Part shown: positions 61,564-64,000 of the stretch, piece by piece | Position numbering within the stretch: position 1 is the stretch's first letter | How the letters are laid out: each line of letters starts with the position of its first letter | Origin: Candidatus Falkowbacteria bacterium RIFOXYC2_FULL_36_12 | Lineage (GTDB): Bacteria; Patescibacteriota; Patescibacteriia; UBA11705 | DNA length: 64,000 nt | Direction of reading: 5' to 3' | Assembly (NCBI GenBank): GCA_001778235.1 | Contig: MFGJ01000001.1 | Location: 69,302 to 133,301 of the forward strand | Translations under genes and position numbers: made by a program | The notes under the pieces: generated by a model | Database searches by the model: none | Seen by the model: only the letters and a program-made list of their open reading frames with translations | Told to the model about the DNA's origin: nothing

Positions 61564-63717
61564 ATGAATAAAAAACATGAATTCAAACTTGAATGGGCAG
61601 GCAAGGAGTTGAAAATCTCAACTGGAGTCCTAGCTCATCAAACAAATGGTAGTTGTCTAGTTCAGTATGGAGATACTGTTATATTAGCAACGGCGGTAAT
61701 AAATAAAGAAAAAAATGAGGGAATGGATTTTTTCCCACTGATGGTAGAATTTGAGGAAAAAATGTATGCGGCTGGAAGAATCAAGGGTTCTAGATTTATC
61801 AAAAGAGAAACTAGACCAACTGATGAAGCGATTTTGACTGCCCGACTGATTGACCGAGGATTGCGACCACTTTTTGATGAAAGAATTCGTCAAAATGTAC
61901 AAATCGTTGTGACTGTATTGCAACATGATGGAGAAAACGATCCAGATATTCCATCAATCATCGGTGCTTCTTGTGCCCTAGAATTATCTGACATCCCTTG
62001 GGACGGACCGATTGCTGGAATCAGAATCGGTAAAATTGAAAAAGAGTGGGTTCTAAATCCAAGCTATGAAGCACGGGACAAATGTGAATTTGAACTGACT
62101 GCTTGTTATTTTGGCGATAAAGTTATCAATATTGAAGCTAGCGCCAATGAAACTGATGAAAAAACAATGTATGAAGCATTTAAGTTTGGGTCAAAACATA
62201 TAAAAAGTGTTTTGCAACTACAAGAACAAATCAGAAAAGAACTTGGAAAAGAAAAATTCAAAATTGATTTTACTGAAGAAATTGATAGCGACGAAGTGCT
62301 TGATAAAAATCAAAAAGCTAGCTTGAAACAATTTGAAGATTTGAAAGCTGAAGCAATTGCATATGCTGACAAACATATTGATAAATATTTATTCGATGTG
62401 CCTGTAGGAACAAAAACTGAAAGAAAAGAAAAGGTAAGTGCTGTAAAAGAAGAAATGATTGAAATGCTGAAGAAAAAAAATGTTGGTAAAGAAAAAATAA
62501 AGAAAATATTAGAATTTTTTGACACTTTCATTGAAGAAAGGGTCAGCGAAGCTATTATCAAGAAATCAAAACGAATTGATGGACGAAAACTGGACCAAAT
62601 CAGAACATTGAACTCTGAAGTAGGCCTGATGAATAGACTTCATGGATCAGCATTGTTTGAAAGAGGTGAAACTCAAGTGCTTTCAATCGTAACATTGGGT
62701 GCGCCCGGTGATGAGCAAATGCTTGACGGCATGGAATTAACTGGGAAAAAAAGATTTATGCATCATTATAATTTTCCGCCATATTCTGTGGGTGAAGCAA
62801 GACCGATGCGAGGTGCTGGACGAAGAGAAGTTGGACATGGTGCACTAGCAGAGAAAGCGATCATGCCCGTATTACCAAAAAAAGAAGATTTTCCTTATAC
62901 AATCAGAGTTGTATCTGAAGTAATGGGTTCAAATGGTTCAAGTTCAATGGCTTCAACCTGCGGATGTTCACTAAGTCTGATGGACGCAGGCGTGCCGATC
63001 ACAACTCCGGTTGCGGGTGTGGCAATTGGACTGGCTTCAAATGAAAAAGGTGAATATAAAGTTATCACTGATATTCAAGATCTCGAAGATGGACAAGGTG
63101 GAATGGACTTCAAAGTTACTGGAACAAAAAACGGTATTACAGCTATTCAAATGGATACCAAAACCAGAGGTTTGAGCCTTGAGATTATTGAAGAAGCGTT
63201 GGAAAAAGGAAGAAAAGGACGAATGGAAATTTTAGAAGTAATGAGCAAGGCAATAGATAAACCAAGAGCTGAAATGTCAAAATATGCACCAAGAATAATT
63301 ACAATTAAAATTAATCCAGATAAAATCAGAGATGTTATTGGTCCTGGAGGAAAAATGATTAATGAAATCATTGATAAAACCGGTGTTTCAATTGACATTG
63401 AAGATGATGGAACAGTGTTTATTACTTCTGTTTCAGAAAATGGTAGCAAGGAAGCGGTTGAATGGATTGAAAGGTTGACCGAAGAAGCAAAAATCGGAAA
63501 AGTTTATGAGGGAACAGTCGTAAGACTAATGGACTTCGGAGCTTTTGTAGAAATTTTTCCAGGAACTGATGGGATGGTTCATGTTTCTGAAATTTCAAAA
63601 ACAGAGAGAGTTAATGATATAAAAAAATATTTGAAAGTTGGTCAAAAGGTTAAAGTTAAAGTAATGAAAATTGATGATCAAGGCAGAATAAACCTTTCAA
63701 TCAAGCAAGCTGAATAA
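61564..63717 (+). CDS. pnp: Polyribonucleotide nucleotidyltransferase
   Basis: RLIDRGLRPLF, RREVGHG, SNGSSSMAS, DFKVTGT, KH and S1 domains. Confidence 0.98.
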   Translation: MNKKHEFKLEWAGKELKISTGVLAHQTNGSCLVQYGDTVILATAVINKEKNEGMDFFPLMVEFEEKMYAAGRIKGSRFIKRETRPTDEAILTARLIDRGLRPLFDERIRQNVQIVVTVLQHDGENDPDIPSIIGASCALELSDIPWDGPIAGIRIGKIEKEWVLNPSYEARDKCEFELTACYFGDKVINIEASANETDEKTMYEAFKFGSKHIKSVLQLQEQIRKELGKEKFKIDFTEEIDSDEVLDKNQKASLKQFEDLKAEAIAYADKHIDKYLFDVPVGTKTERKEKVSAVKEEMIEMLKKKNVGKEKIKKILEFFDTFIEERVSEAIIKKSKRIDGRKLDQIRTLNSEVGLMNRLHGSALFERGETQVLSIVTLGAPGDEQMLDGMELTGKKRFMHHYNFPPYSVGEARPMRGAGRREVGHGALAEKAIMPVLPKKEDFPYTIRVVSEVMGSNGSSSMASTCGCSLSLMDAGVPITTPVAGVAIGLASNEKGEYKVITDIQDLEDGQGGMDFKVTGTKNGITAIQMDTKTRGLSLEIIEEALEKGRKGRMEILEVMSKAIDKPRAEMSKYAPRIITIKINPDKIRDVIGPGGKMINEIIDKTGVSIDIEDDGTVFITSVSENGSKEAVEWIERLTEEAKIGKVYEGTVVRLMDFGAFVEIFPGTDGMVHVSEISKTERVNDIKKYLKVGQKVKVKVMKIDDQGRINLSIKQAE

Positions 63718-63760
63718 ACATAGCAAAAATACCGCTTCACAGCGGTTTTTTGTTAACCTT

Positions 63761-63960
63761 AAAACCCACCGACGAATAGCCGGTATGTGCGTTTAAAAGA
63801 AAAACAATTGAATGTAGTGGCTAGCAGTGTAATTTAAGTGTAAGTTGTTGATGTTGCTATGGCAAATTTTTTTGAGAATAAGTGATTGATTTCGCTTTGC
63901 GTGGTCCACCGAAACCACGCACTATAAACAAGTTTAAGTGCATGGCAAGCAAGTTCGGTG
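63761..63960. repeat. Second copy of dispersed repeat seen after groEL, with nested palindrome
   Basis: Matches 29500-29642; ccacgcactataaacaagtttaagtgcatgg at 63915-63945. Confidence 0.8.
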
Positions 63961-64000
63961 CATGTTTTTGTAACCAGTTCTATTGAGATATAGTGATATT

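Overview
AT-rich bacterial chromosome segment, standard genetic code (TGA used as stop). Gene content and style (Shine-Dalgarno-less housekeeping genes, VanW, PilB, H+-PPase, extended S6/S15, many short palindromic repeats) suggest a Patescibacteria/CPR genome; this is inference. The backbone is housekeeping: rny, ymdB, HU, hsp20, clpP, ftsK, recA, efp-rpsR-ssb-rpsF, nusA, yidC, groESL, ychF, pilB, tsaD/E/C, rpmF, hppA, tig, nfo, xerC-like, rpsO-pnp and 3 tRNAs. Most notable non-backbone signals: (1) an integrase-less attC cassette array at 35.1-40.2 kb, whose largest cassette is a 3-gene operon (transcarbamylase + methyltransferase/RaSEA-like radical SAM fusion + AdoMet decarboxylase); (2) a promoter-driven ~630-nt multi-hairpin ncRNA candidate at 11.77-12.39 kb with a repeated GAUGURGAGGAGAGAG motif and a complementary CU-rich bulge; (3) about 20 mostly orphan genes with strong SD sequences and usually their own sigma70 promoter, versus SD-less core genes; (4) 15-31-nt palindromic micro-elements caught as filled/empty site pairs (duplicated tRNA-Glu half, REPs, tsaE); (5) an HTH + MORC-like GHKL ATPase + coiled-coil/wHTH cluster; (6) two perfect parS sites bracketing four ~50-bp iteron-like repeats and a DnaA box; (7) a fused PyrB-PyrI. 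All coordinates and alignments were read by eye; no searches were run.
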